Shown piece by piece: positions 1-10,412 of a stretch of 64,000 nucleotides of DNA (its first letter is position 1; every line of letters begins with the position of its first letter). The stretch comes from an uncultured bacterium (GTDB taxonomy: Bacteria > Fermentibacterota > Fermentibacteria > Fermentibacterales > JCC-6), in assembly GCA_964553045.1 (NCBI GenBank), contig CAZKJG010000016.1, positions 494 through 64,493 on the forward strand, read 5' to 3'. A program made the position numbers and the translations under genes. The notes under the pieces were generated by a model. It had not been told where the DNA came from and did not search any database. It was given only the letters and a program-made list of their open reading frames with translations.

Positions 1-78
1 CCCAAAGAGTCCGCAGGTGCGTTCGATGCCCTGTCCTGCACAAATGTGAGAGAGCTGCGCGACCACTCGCGCCGGTAT

Positions 79-194
<116 letters not shown>

Positions 195-204
195 GTTCTT
201 CAGA

Positions 205-237
205 AGGCCCCCGGGCAAACGCCCGGGGGCCTTTTCT
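205..237 (+). terminator. Rho-independent terminator of the rRNA operon
   Basis: aaggcccccggg caaac gcccgggggcc followed by ttttct: a GC stem with a T-run immediately 3' of 5S. Confidence 0.7.
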
Positions 238-363
238 GTATGGGTGAGTCGATACCCCGGAATCGTGCGACTATTAGACTTGCGGCTGCTGCCGCCGGCG
301 GCTTAGACTTACCTGCAGGATCTGGCCGAGTTGGACGTCAACCCGAGACAGAGGGTGGATCAA

Positions 364-1688
364 TGGCGGCGGACGGCAGAGCGGCGGCGGGCGGGGAACG
401 GCTCTTCGGCATGCGGGCGGTCTACGGACGCTGGGTCTTCGTGGCTCTCGGCTTTTTCATCAACATCTGTCTTGGAGCCGTGTACGCCTTCAGTGTCTTC
501 CGAGGTCCTCTCGAGGCTGCCACAGAGGATGGCGGCTGGGCGATCTCAGCAACGGCCAGTGGCATGCCATTCATGGTCTTTCTGGCGATGTTCGCTCTGC
601 TCATGGCTCTCGCCGGCGGACTGGTTGGACGCTGGGGTCCGAAGAGAGCTGCACTTCTGGGTGGAGGCCTCGTCGGTACCGGCTGGATCCTCTCGGGATT
701 CTCGCCGAACATCATCTGGCTCACCATCTTCTACGGACTGATCGGAGGCGGCGGGGTCGGAATCATCTACGGCTGTCCCATAGCCCTGGCGGCGAAGTGG
801 TTTCCCGACAGAAAGGGGCTGGCAGTCGGCCTGACGGTGATGGGTTTCGGGCTTTCGGCTCTGCTCATGGTTCCCATCATGACGGCCATGATCGCCCACC
901 CGTCCATCGGCGCCCTGGGGGCCTTCAGGTACCTTGGAATGGTCTTTCTTGCAGCGCTGATCCTGCTTTCGCTGCCGCTGCGGAACCCGAGGGAAGGGTG
1001 GGCCCCTCCCGGATGGCAACCAAAGTCGTCCGGCGGCGAGACCGCCGCAAGGGCCGACCTGGACCGCAGGCAGATGGTGAGAACCGGCACGTTCTACGGC
1101 CTTTGGAGCACCTACACCATCGGCTGCCTGGCCGGACTGATGGCCATCGGCATAGCAAAGCCCTTCGGGAATGAGATCCTGGCCGCCTCGGGATACAGCG
1201 GATCGCGCACCACGGCGCTCCTCACCACCATGGTGGCTCTGTTCGCCATCTTCAACGGCTTGGGTAGGCCGCTGTTCGGCTGGCTCATCGACAGACTGAA
1301 CCCGCGCAAGGCTTCTTCGCTGTCGTTCGTTCTCATTCTGCTGGCCTCGGCCCTGCTGTACATCCGGGGCGGTAGCAGCCCCACTCTCTACTTCATCGCT
1401 TTTGCGGTTCTCTACCTGAATCTCGGAGGATGGCTCGCCATCGCGCCCACGGCTACCGCCACCTTCTTCGGAACCGGCCACTACGGGCAGAACTACGGGC
1501 TGGTGTTCACGTCGTACGGCGTCGGGGCTATTGCCGGGATGCTGCTGTCGGGGCTGATCCGTGATGCTGCAGGCGCCTATCTGCCGGTCTTCCTGCCGGT
1601 CATGGGTCTCGCAGCGCTCGGGCTGGTGATCTCCCTGCTCTTCCTAAAGCCGGTGAAAGGGGCGGGCAAGCGGAGCCCAGCTCTGTAG
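364..1688 (+). CDS. MFS transporter, oxalate/formate antiporter (OFA)-like family
   Basis: 12-TMS hydrophobic profile and MFS-like motifs (GRWGPKR, GLIGGGGVGIIYG). ATG at 364 chosen over the ORF-track start, which overlaps the 5S terminator. Confidence 0.8.
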
Positions 1689-1857
1689 ATCGAGCAAGAG
1701 TCAGCTCCGTGTGAACAGGTCCTTGCGGGTGTTCTTCAGAAGGCCCCCGGGTCTTGCTCGAGATTTTTGGCCCTTCCTCGGCTATTACTTATGATATTGC
1801 TATGGAATAGAAACCGTGCGTACCCCAACAGAGATTCCTCATGAGGAGACACCATTA

Positions 1858-2025
1858 GTGATCACCGACGCCGACCTAAAGAAGATGATGGACCATTACG
1901 GATACTCCGACGAGATCCGCAGGACCATCGAGAGGGAGCGCCTGCTGCCCAGCGAGCTTCTGAGCCGGCTGCAGGACAACCATCCGGACCGGGTGGGTTT
2001 TCTTAGTGCCCATGAGCCTCATTGA
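1858..2025 (+). CDS. Hypothetical small protein
   Basis: Short ORF with a GTG start preceded by GAGGAG, 4-nt overlap with the next gene. No recognisable domain. Confidence 0.3.
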   Translation: MITDADLKKMMDHYGYSDEIRRTIERERLLPSELLSRLQDNHPDRVGFLSAHEPH

Positions 2026-2051
2026 CGCTCAAGGCAATCCCTGAAATTATC

Positions 2052-2720
2052 ATGGAAGCGGAAGGAGTGCAGATGGATGGAAACTCCTCGTTTGCGATTG
2101 TCCTTCTTGTCTTAACGTCAATCTGCTTCTCCGAGGATACGCTCTTCCACACGGACTTCACGGAGGGTATGCCGGAGGGGTGGATTCCCGGCGAGGGATG
2201 GGGCTACAGCGACAGCCTCGATGCGATGAACCAGAGCATAAGCAGCCATGCATCCGGCTACAGCGGGCTGGACGAGGACTGGGGGACGCTGTGGTCACAC
2301 ACTCTGGTCTTGCCGGAGGACGCCGACTCCCTTCTCTTTGTCTTCGATGTCTACTGGCACGGCTGGGGCCAGGGATTCGGTATTCCTGATGTTCTCGAGT
2401 CCGAGTCGAAGATATCCGTGAGAAGCCCCGATACACTTGGTACCGAGCTGGTGCTGCAGAGCTTCTATGCCAGCGGCTACACCAGCTACGACCAGACCTA
2501 CGAGGACATCTACGCCATCCCCGTGACTTCCCTGCAGCCGGGCGATTCGCTGGTCATAGGCTTCTGGGGATACACCGCCGCGGAGCCCGACGACTTCTAC
2601 ATGGAGTTCTACACCGCGAATCTGGACTGGAGCATTCGAGAGGCTGCGGTACTGGCATACGAGCTGTCCAGTCTTAGCCCATCAACCTGGGGCGGGATCA
2701 AGTCGGGAGAAACGGACTAG
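2052..2720 (+). CDS. Hypothetical secreted protein
   Basis: N-terminal signal-peptide-like segment (NSSFAIVLLVLTSICFS). Aromatic/Gly-rich, no known domain recognised. Confidence 0.5.
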   Translation: MEAEGVQMDGNSSFAIVLLVLTSICFSEDTLFHTDFTEGMPEGWIPGEGWGYSDSLDAMNQSISSHASGYSGLDEDWGTLWSHTLVLPEDADSLLFVFDVYWHGWGQGFGIPDVLESESKISVRSPDTLGTELVLQSFYASGYTSYDQTYEDIYAIPVTSLQPGDSLVIGFWGYTAAEPDDFYMEFYTANLDWSIREAAVLAYELSSLSPSTWGGIKSGETD

Positions 2721-2970
2721 CGGAGCTTCTCGGTGTTGTTTTCTCTTGGTCTGTAAGATCTATGTCCATAAGGCTTTGCGGTCGTAGCGTATTCTCTCGT
2801 GTTCCCGATACAGCAGGACTTCTCTGCCCCGCAGTGGAGAAGCGATGATGAGCGGCAAGATCTACAGACGCTTCGATGACATGGTGTTCCGCGAGGTGGC
2901 GGGGCATCTGAGCACTACCTCGCTGCCGGGAAGACTGGCCCCCACACGTCCTGTAGGTAACGGGCAGCGA

Positions 2971-3363
2971 TTAGGCGAGTATGCGCCTTATCCCCTCCAC
3001 GGCCCTATCCGTAAGCTCCCTGTAGAGCGGCTCCACCGAGGCGATGACCACCAGGACCGCTGGCTGTCCCGCCACCTCAAAGGACTGGCAGATCACGGTG
3101 TCGCCGGAGGGGCCGGCCATGGTGATCTGATCGATGTCCTCCAGGCCGGTGAGGTCCAGGGCGGCGCTGTTCATCCGCCAGACGAATCCCGCCAGTGCGG
3201 CAAGCGCCTCCGAATCGAGCTCGGAGTCGATGTTCACTACGTCGAAGCCGTCCTCGGTGGTGAGAAGGGCGGCCCTGAAGCCGCCTTCGTCGGCGATGTG
3301 CTCCAGCTGCTTCTTCACCGCGTCCAGGGGTATGTCCGTGCGGTCCTTCCTGCGCTCCTTCAT
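2971..3363 (-). CDS. Roadblock/LC7 (MglB-like) domain protein
   Basis: About 130 aa with the Roadblock/LC7 fold signature (AALLTTEDGFDVV...GQPAVLVVIAS). Confidence 0.6.
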   Translation of the reverse strand: MKERRKDRTDIPLDAVKKQLEHIADEGGFRAALLTTEDGFDVVNIDSELDSEALAALAGFVWRMNSAALDLTGLEDIDQITMAGPSGDTVICQSFEVAGQPAVLVVIASVEPLYRELTDRAVEGIRRILA

Positions 3364-3551
3364 CTTCTCCCTCCACTCGATCCCGTCTCAATGTCAGGCG
3401 GTTCATCGGTCCAGCTGGGAGCAGGTCCGGGGTTCTTCCGAACTTATCCCATGGCAATATGCCCGTCTGCACCGGATTTGTCATCAAGAGCGGAACCGGC
3501 CTCCCGGATGACCTGCAAGGGAGGGACAGGAAAGCGAACGCTCCGCCCCGG

Positions 3552-4495
3552 TCAGATGAGCGTAAGGAGGGCCGTGGCTTCGGACTCCTCCAGGCGGATT
3601 CTGAGAAGGTAGACACCCGATGGGCATCTGGTTCCGTCGCCCGACATTCCGTTCCAGCTCAGGCAGACGGTCCCGGAATGGGCGAGCTCCTCCGTCATTC
3701 TCCTGACCAGGCGCCCCGAGGCGTCGTATATGCCCGCTTCGACGGTTCCCGCACCGGAAGCAGCCAACTCTACGGCGACCAGGGTGTGGAACGGGTTGGG
3801 CGAGATCCCGGTAATGGCCAGAGGCTGCTGGAGCGGTCCCCGGCCCTCTTCGACGCCCACGCCTCCGCCGTCGGTGGTGTGGACTATCACGCCGTACGGC
3901 CCCACTGCCCATCCGCTGCTGTAGTCGATGAAGAACACGGCGCTCGGCAGATGGGGCACCGCGCAGACCTGCTACGCCCAGGTGGCGCCGCCGTCCTCGG
4001 AGAAGAGTATCGCGCCCCCTGCACCTACTGTGTAGATGGATTCCGGGCTGGCGTAGAACACGTCTTCCAGGTTCATGGATGTGCCCGAGTCGCGCTCGAT
4101 CCAGCTGGAGCCTCCGTCGGAGGTGGTGAAGATGGCTCCCAGCTCCCCGACGACGCAGCCGTTCAGGGCATCGATGAAGTGGACGTCGGTGAAGGGCAGC
4201 TCCTGTTTCTGGTACAGCTGGGTCGTCCAGGTCTCGCCTCCATCAGAGCTGTGTACTATTGCCCTCTCGGCCCCCGCGGGGTAGGTGTTCTTGCCGCCGG
4301 CCATCCAGCCGCTGTCTGAGTCGATGAAGTGCAGTCCGGAGAAGTTCGTGGATATGCCGGGCTCCTGCTCCTCCCAGCTCTGGCCTCCATCGGAGGTGTG
4401 GAGCACGGTACCCCAGGAGCCCACAGCCCATCCTTCCTGGGAGCTTGCAAAGAAAACGTCTGCCAGGAATGCGTCGGTGCCGGATTCCTGCATCT
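3552..4495 (-). pseudogene. BNR/Ycf48-like repeat protein with T9SS C-terminal sorting domain, interrupted by an in-frame TAG; N-terminus unclear
   Basis: Repeated S-x-D-G-G-x-[ST]-W BNR motifs (SDGGQSWEE, SDGGETWTT, SDGGSSWIE, EDGGATWA, TDGGGVG). C-terminal SPNPF...GVYLLRIRL T9SS-type CTD. In-frame TAG at 3972-3974 joins two ORFs in the same frame. No signal peptide at the first in-frame ATG. Confidence 0.5.
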
Positions 4496-4580
4496 CCCAC
4501 CCGGCTGCCGCGTATGAGAAGGAGGCTATCGTCTTTGAGTGCAGCGTAATGGGCAACCGTCGAGGTGAGAGACTGAGCAG

Positions 4581-5497
4581 ATGGGCAAGATCGCGCTGGT
4601 CCTGCTTGTTCTGGCAGGGGCGTGGGCCGACTGGGCGGAGCAGACCGACTGGTCCGGGACAGGCGGCGTAGTCGGCCCGATGGACGAATGGGGATCGGAC
4701 TACAGCGCGTCCCAAGATGTGGATCCACTCTCCGTCCCGGGGCAGCTCCACCTGGACGGCCAGCTCGCCATGCACGAGGTTGCCGCCGGCTTCGACGGTG
4801 CATTCGCCGTACACTCCGCCGACATCGACGGTGACGGTGACATCGATGTGCTGGGCGGAGCCTGGGACCTGGGTGCGGTCAGCTGGTGGGAGAACGCCGA
4901 CGGCGGCGGTACCTCATGGCAGGTGCACCCGATGGACGAGAGCTTCCTGGGGGCCCATTCCGTCCACGGCGAAGACCTGGACGGTGACGGCGACATCGAT
5001 CTTTTGACCGCCTCCTTCAACACCGAGGAGATACTCTGGTGGGAGAACCTCGATGGCGCAGGGACCCAGTGGGCGGAGCACCTGCTCAGCGGGAGCTTCG
5101 AGGATGCCTGCTGCGTCTGGGTCGAGGACATTGACGGCAACGGAGCGCCGGACCCGCTGGGGGCCGCCTACGTCGACGACGAGATCGCCTGGTGGAACCT
5201 GCAGGCCTACGGCGGCGGCTGGCTGGAGTCCAGCGTTCTGGATACCGGCTGCGGTCCGGACTGGGAGAGCCTGCAGTGGTCGGGGGACTGCCCTTCAGGA
5301 ACTGACATCGGGTTTCAGGTGAGGGCCTCGAATGACCCGGACCAGATGGGGGGCTGGTCGGATACGCTGAATGCGCCGGACTGGGAGACTCCGGCTACCT
5401 GCCCCTCAGCAACAGGCCATACCGGCAGGCGATGCGGAACCGCCTGCCCCTGGCCGAAAGCACCGATGCAACCGGAGGCTGCAACCTCTAACCCCGG
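4581..5497 (+). CDS. FG-GAP/VCBS-like (DxDGDGDxD) repeat secreted protein, probable frameshift near 5390
   Basis: Signal peptide MGKIALVLLVLAGAWA. Repeated DIDGDGDIDV / DLDGDGDIDL / DIDGNGAPD motifs. After about 5390 the ORF-track frame turns into low-complexity GC-frame junk, while the +2 frame reads protein-like GYLPLSNRPYRQAMRNRLPLAESTDATGGCNL and stops at 5495-5497. Confidence 0.5.
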
Positions 5498-5872
5498 GCC
5501 CGTCAATGCCGAATGCGGGCCCCAGTCCCTGCTGCAATGGAAGCAGGTCTCTGTCCGCTGGAAGCAACATTTGTCCAGGTTGACGACCTGCCGGACGAAG
5601 GCAGCCTCGGCCCGCGCCGCGACTGCCGAAAAGGCCGTTACGGGGATATCCCCTGTCATTGACCCGAATAACGATTCCGCATATCCTCGTTTTGGGTGAC
5701 GAATAAACGGAACGGCCTGCGGCCGACTACTGGAGGATCGACGGACGGCTTGCACGGTGCGGCCGGCCCGCCGTCACATTCGGGCGCTGCAGGAGCTTCG
5801 TGGAGACCCAGACTACGGCTTCCCTGACTTAATCCCGTCCGGGTCTCATTGGCCGGATTCGGGCCAGAGTGA

Positions 5873-7252
5873 ATGGAGAGAACCATGGTTGTGACGGCAG
5901 CAAGACGGATCGTCCTGGCAACCGGATTGCTGATGCTGTTTCTCCCCTGCGGGTTGCAGGCGGCACCCTTTTCGGAAAGACTGCCCTCGGCTGGCGATGA
6001 TTCGGATACATGGCTTCGAATGACCCCGGAGCTGAGCTACCCGACCCAGTCCACCTCCATGGTTCTCAGCGAAGCGCAGCTGCCGATGCTGTGCTACAAG
6101 CCCACTTATTGGCAGGGCTGTAGCCTTCTGTTCGCCGAGTACGACGGAGACCAGTGGAACGAGTCGGAGGTGGACTGCGAGCAGTATTCCGGAGGTGGCA
6201 AACTGCTCCTGTCCCCGGACGGAGAGCCCATCATCCTGTACGGCAACTCGTACTACGACGAGTACCGGTACGCATGGCGTGAGGGTGACCAGTGGAACTG
6301 GGAGGCGTTCTGGAGCCCGACTGAAGGCGGCATTGACGGGGCCTTTGACTCCTCCGGCTGCTTTCATACGATGTTCATGGGGGATGTGAACACCTTCTAT
6401 TACGGCCTCAGGGACACCACCGGAGCCTGGTCCTTCGAGGAGGTGGGCCCATGCACCAACACGCCGGTGGCGCTCTGCCTGGACTCCCTGGGAATGCCTC
6501 ACGCCGTCTGGCAGAATGACTACTACCTTCACCACTACTGGCTCACCGCATCCGGCTGGGAGAGCGAGCCGATAATGGGAGAGTATCTGGAGACGCTTGC
6601 CCTGGAGTACGATGGGCAGGGCGTACTGCATCTGGTCTTTCAGGGCGCATCTGACATCCTCTACTGCCGGCGGTCGGCTGGCGGCTGGGAGCATGAGGTG
6701 GTGGACGATATGTCCGGCCTCTACTGCGACCTGGCGGTCTCGGACGACGGCACGGTCCACGTGGCCTACAACGACGGTCTCAACTTCGACCTGCGGTACG
6801 CCAAGAGAACGCTTTCCGGATGGTCGACGGAAGTCGTCAGCTGGGAAGGCACTTGCGGGCATTCGCCCAGCATAGACCTCGACGGGCTGGGCAACCCCTG
6901 GATGTGCCACGCCAGGTTCGACTCCTGCGAGGTGGTCTGGTGGGGCGAGGACACCTCCGCCGTGGCTCGCCGGCAGAGCCGGGTAACATCCGAATGGGGA
7001 ATCTCGGCTATTGAGCCCAATCCCATGATCTCCAACGGATTGGTGCATATATCCGTTCCGGAGGCCGGCCTGTACACGATGACTCTCTACGACTCATCGG
7101 GCCGGATCGCTTTCCGCCCCCGGGAATCCTTGCTGGATGCCGGCTCCGGTCAGGTGCCTGTCGATGCTTCCAGCCTGCCGGCCGGAACCTACATGGCGGT
7201 CCTGCGGGGTGAAGGGCGCCGCTGGTGCTCCCGGATGGTGGTTCTGCGCTAG
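5873..7252 (+). CDS. Secreted protein with T9SS C-terminal sorting domain
   Basis: Signal peptide (LATGLLMLFLPCGLQA). C-terminal IEPNPM...GLYTMTLYDSSGRI...GTYMAVL CTD. Confidence 0.7.
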   Translation: MERTMVVTAARRIVLATGLLMLFLPCGLQAAPFSERLPSAGDDSDTWLRMTPELSYPTQSTSMVLSEAQLPMLCYKPTYWQGCSLLFAEYDGDQWNESEVDCEQYSGGGKLLLSPDGEPIILYGNSYYDEYRYAWREGDQWNWEAFWSPTEGGIDGAFDSSGCFHTMFMGDVNTFYYGLRDTTGAWSFEEVGPCTNTPVALCLDSLGMPHAVWQNDYYLHHYWLTASGWESEPIMGEYLETLALEYDGQGVLHLVFQGASDILYCRRSAGGWEHEVVDDMSGLYCDLAVSDDGTVHVAYNDGLNFDLRYAKRTLSGWSTEVVSWEGTCGHSPSIDLDGLGNPWMCHARFDSCEVVWWGEDTSAVARRQSRVTSEWGISAIEPNPMISNGLVHISVPEAGLYTMTLYDSSGRIAFRPRESLLDAGSGQVPVDASSLPAGTYMAVLRGEGRRWCSRMVVLR

Positions 7253-7499
7253 CCCCGGGGCGCGCTTCGCTTGAACCTTCCCGGAAGGCCGCGGAGATGG
7301 ACAGGTTCGGGCTGATCTCTTCCATCGCCTCAGGGAAATGGGTGGACTGGGCGGAGCAGATCGACGGAAGCGTCCGTTCCGCACGCGGCGACCCTCCTGC
7401 GGGGGCCCCAACGAAGACGAAGGGTATGCCTGGGTCTGGCCGGCTGCTTTGACCGCTGGCCAGCAGGGGCATATCGTCCCCACGGAAGGGGGCTCCGCC

Positions 7500-8645
7500 A
7501 TGAAGGGGATCGAGCCGGCCCTGAGGGAATACCGTCCGCTGCAGAAGCACCTGGACCGGCAGGCCGTGGGCTTTCCCGCGACTCGGTCGGGGGCAGACCT
7601 CCGTTTCCTGAAGCGGATGTTCACGCCGGAGGAGGCCCGCCTGGCCCTCCATCTCAGCTTCCGTCCCTCTACGATCTCGCAGATAATGCGGACGGCTGGG
7701 AAGGAGCTCTCGAAGAGCAGGGCGCTGGAGCTCCTGGAGAGCCTGCTGGTCAAGGGCTCCATAGGCTCGCGGGACACCGGGGAGGGCGAGGCCTGGTTCC
7801 TCCTGCCCATGGTGGTGGGGATGTTCGAGGCTCAGGACGGCAGGCCCACCAGGGAGTTTTTCAGGGACGCCATGGCCTACATGGGTACCAGAACCTACGG
7901 CAAGTCGCTGCTGGCGGCGCAGCCGTCCCAGATGAGGACCATCCCCATCGGTGAGAGCATAACGGCCCAGCACAGCGTGGCCACCTGGGACCAGGTTTCC
8001 GAGATAATCGGCCGGGCATCTCCGCCCTTCGCTATACTGCCATGCATATGCCGGGAGACCAGCGCCATGCGGGGAAAGAGCTGCAGGGTTACGTCGCGCA
8101 CGGAGACATGTCTGGCCATGGGCGGCATGGCCGCGATGATCCTGCGGCGGGGCAGCGGCAGGGAGATCGACAGGGGAGAGGCCCTGGAGATAATCACCAT
8201 GAACCAGGCGGAGGGCCTGGTGCTTCAGCCGGCGAACGCCCGGTCCCCGGAGTTCATCTGCTCCTGCTGCGGTTGCTGCTGCGGCATGCTGAGCCTCCAG
8301 AAGATGCTTCCCCATCCCATCGACTTCTGGACCGCCGGCCATATGGCAAGGGTCGATAAGGAACGGTGCGGTGGATGTGGAGGCTGCGTCGAGAGGTGCC
8401 AGGTTGACGCCGTCAGGCTGAAAGGCTCGCCGCCACGGGCGGCAGTGGCCCCTACGAGGTGCATAGGATGCGGCCTCTGCGTACCCGCCTGCCCGGTGGA
8501 TGCCATATGTCTGGAATCCAGGAAGGACGCCCGAACTCCTCCCCGAAACTACGACGACCTCTACGAGACGATAGCGGCCCACAGGAAGGGCCCGGTCCGT
8601 CGGCTGATCATGCTGCTGAAGGTACTGCTGAGGATGCGTCAATGA
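7500..8645 (+). CDS. Cys-rich Fe-S protein with C-terminal 2x[4Fe-4S] ferredoxin domain
   Basis: C-terminal CGGCGGCVERC and CIGCGLCVPACP motifs. Upstream Cys clusters CICRETSAMRGKSC and CSCCGCCCG. Start chosen at the ATG at 7500. Confidence 0.6.
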   Translation: MKGIEPALREYRPLQKHLDRQAVGFPATRSGADLRFLKRMFTPEEARLALHLSFRPSTISQIMRTAGKELSKSRALELLESLLVKGSIGSRDTGEGEAWFLLPMVVGMFEAQDGRPTREFFRDAMAYMGTRTYGKSLLAAQPSQMRTIPIGESITAQHSVATWDQVSEIIGRASPPFAILPCICRETSAMRGKSCRVTSRTETCLAMGGMAAMILRRGSGREIDRGEALEIITMNQAEGLVLQPANARSPEFICSCCGCCCGMLSLQKMLPHPIDFWTAGHMARVDKERCGGCGGCVERCQVDAVRLKGSPPRAAVAPTRCIGCGLCVPACPVDAICLESRKDARTPPRNYDDLYETIAAHRKGPVRRLIMLLKVLLRMRQ

Positions 8646-8685
8646 TGCGAGCGGATACCGTTCCGCGCCTGCCCGGCTCCGGAAT

Positions 8686-10335
8686 ATGACCCTGGAGATC
8701 GGCTTTCTCTTCGCCCTGCTTGCCGCAGCGGTTGCCCTCTTCGTAAGCGAGCGGGTTTCCTTCGACGTAACGGCCCTGATAATCACGGCAGTACTCATGG
8801 CAACCGGAATCCTCACCGTGGAGGAGGGCCTCTCGGGCTTCAGCAACCAGGCCACAATAACCATCGGCGCCATGTTCGTGATCAGCGCCGGCTTCCGGCA
8901 GAGCGGCACCCTCAAGGCCGTGGGCTCCTTCTTCACCAGGGTGGCGGGGCGGAACGGCGGAAGAGGCCTGATGATGATTCTCCTGGCCGTGGGCGCCATT
9001 TCCGCCTTCATCAACAACACCGCAGCCGTAGCCATATTCATTCCCGTATTCATGGCCATATCCAGAAAGCTGCGCAGGAGCCCCTCCCGGCTGCTGATGC
9101 CCCTTTCCTTCGTATCCATATTCGGCGGCGCCTGCACCCTCATAGGCACCTCCACCAACATACTGGTCAGCTCCATCGCCCGGGACAGCGGGCTGCGCAG
9201 CTTCTCCATGTTCGAGTTCGCCCCCATGGGTCTGGTATTCATGGCCGTGGGCTTCGTCTACCTCTTCCTCTACGGAATCCGCAGGATACCGCGATACGGC
9301 AGGGACGAGAATCTCACCGGCCAGTACCGAATGGAAAAGCACCTCTACGACCTGAAGCTGAAGGAAGGGTGCGAGCATATAGGCAAGCCTTTGGAGAAAT
9401 CCATAATGACCGAAGACCTGGACACAGACGTCATCCGCGTTTTCCGTGGCAACGAGTCGAGGCCCGCCGCCCGGGCGCCCTCGGACCTTCGGGCCGGCGA
9501 TGTAATCCGCGTGCGGGGAAGCGCCGGGGAGATAGGAAGGATTGGCGACAGGGAGCACATGAGCGTGAGCTCTCCCGGCTACAGCGACGAGGATCTGCTG
9601 CGGGGCGGGGACCTGCTGATGGAGGTCTCGGTGGCCCCGGACTCCGGTCTGGTGGGCAAGAGGCTGGAGGACGCGGACCTCCAGAGGAGGCACGGGGTTG
9701 TGGTCCTGGCCATGAGGCACCAGGGCGAGCTGCTGCGGGAGGGCTACTCCGATGTGAAGCTGGCCGGCGGCGACTCCCTGCTGCTGTCCGTAGAGCGCGA
9801 TCGGGTGCCGGCCCTGGAGGAGGACACGGATTTCCTGGCGATCTCGCAGATCGAGCCCAAGAGGCATGACAGGAGGAAGATGGCGATCGCGGTTACGGTA
9901 CTGGCCGCGGTGATAGCGACCGCGGCCCTGAACGTGCTGCCGATAGTGGTCAGTGCTGTGGCCGGGGCCCTGCTGCTGGTGCTGACGGGCACCATTACGA
10001 CCAGGCAGGCCTACAGCTCGGTGCAGTGGAAAGTGATCTTCCTGCTGGCCATGGTGCTGACCAACACCGTCTCCAACCAGGCGTCCGCCGTCCTGCTGGC
10101 TCCCATCCTCATAGATGTAGCTGGAACGATGTCGGTGAACCCGCGCACCTTCCTCTTCGCCCTGGCCTTCGCCAGCTCGCTGAGCTTCGCCACCCCGGTT
10201 GGTTACCAGACGAACACGATGATCTACAACGCAGGCCGCTTCCGCTTCCGGGACTTCTTGAGGATAGGGCTTCCCCTCAGCGCGATTCTGTGGATCGTAG
10301 GCTCACTTGTGATTCCCCTGATCTGGCCGCTCTAG
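8686..10335 (+). CDS. SLC13/DASS-family permease with two central TrkA-C domains
   Basis: N- and C-terminal transmembrane halves flank two TrkA-C-like regulatory domains (DVIRVRG..., GDSLLLSVER...). Confidence 0.85.
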   Translation: MTLEIGFLFALLAAAVALFVSERVSFDVTALIITAVLMATGILTVEEGLSGFSNQATITIGAMFVISAGFRQSGTLKAVGSFFTRVAGRNGGRGLMMILLAVGAISAFINNTAAVAIFIPVFMAISRKLRRSPSRLLMPLSFVSIFGGACTLIGTSTNILVSSIARDSGLRSFSMFEFAPMGLVFMAVGFVYLFLYGIRRIPRYGRDENLTGQYRMEKHLYDLKLKEGCEHIGKPLEKSIMTEDLDTDVIRVFRGNESRPAARAPSDLRAGDVIRVRGSAGEIGRIGDREHMSVSSPGYSDEDLLRGGDLLMEVSVAPDSGLVGKRLEDADLQRRHGVVVLAMRHQGELLREGYSDVKLAGGDSLLLSVERDRVPALEEDTDFLAISQIEPKRHDRRKMAIAVTVLAAVIATAALNVLPIVVSAVAGALLLVLTGTITTRQAYSSVQWKVIFLLAMVLTNTVSNQASAVLLAPILIDVAGTMSVNPRTFLFALAFASSLSFATPVGYQTNTMIYNAGRFRFRDFLRIGLPLSAILWIVGSLVIPLIWPL

Positions 10336-10412
10336 CCGCGGCCCACCGCCATGGCCGGCCCGGCCCGGTGGTGGGTATATTCATCGGTCGAACCCTCGCT
10401 GAAGGGAGACGG

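Noticed and set aside
1-60. tRNA or 23S rRNA 3' end at the window start
   Set aside because: GTTCGAT occurs, but no acceptable T-stem or acceptor stem can be formed and there is no CCA context. The region is most likely the 23S-5S spacer.
546-9242. Long antisense or alternative-frame ORFs (for example 546-1481 minus, 5846-7048 minus, 7008-9242 minus, 2845-3612 plus, 31677-32642 minus)
   Set aside because: They overlap well-supported genes on the other strand. They have Arg/Ala/Pro/Gly-rich low-complexity translations typical of open wrong frames in 65% GC DNA, and no domain signatures.
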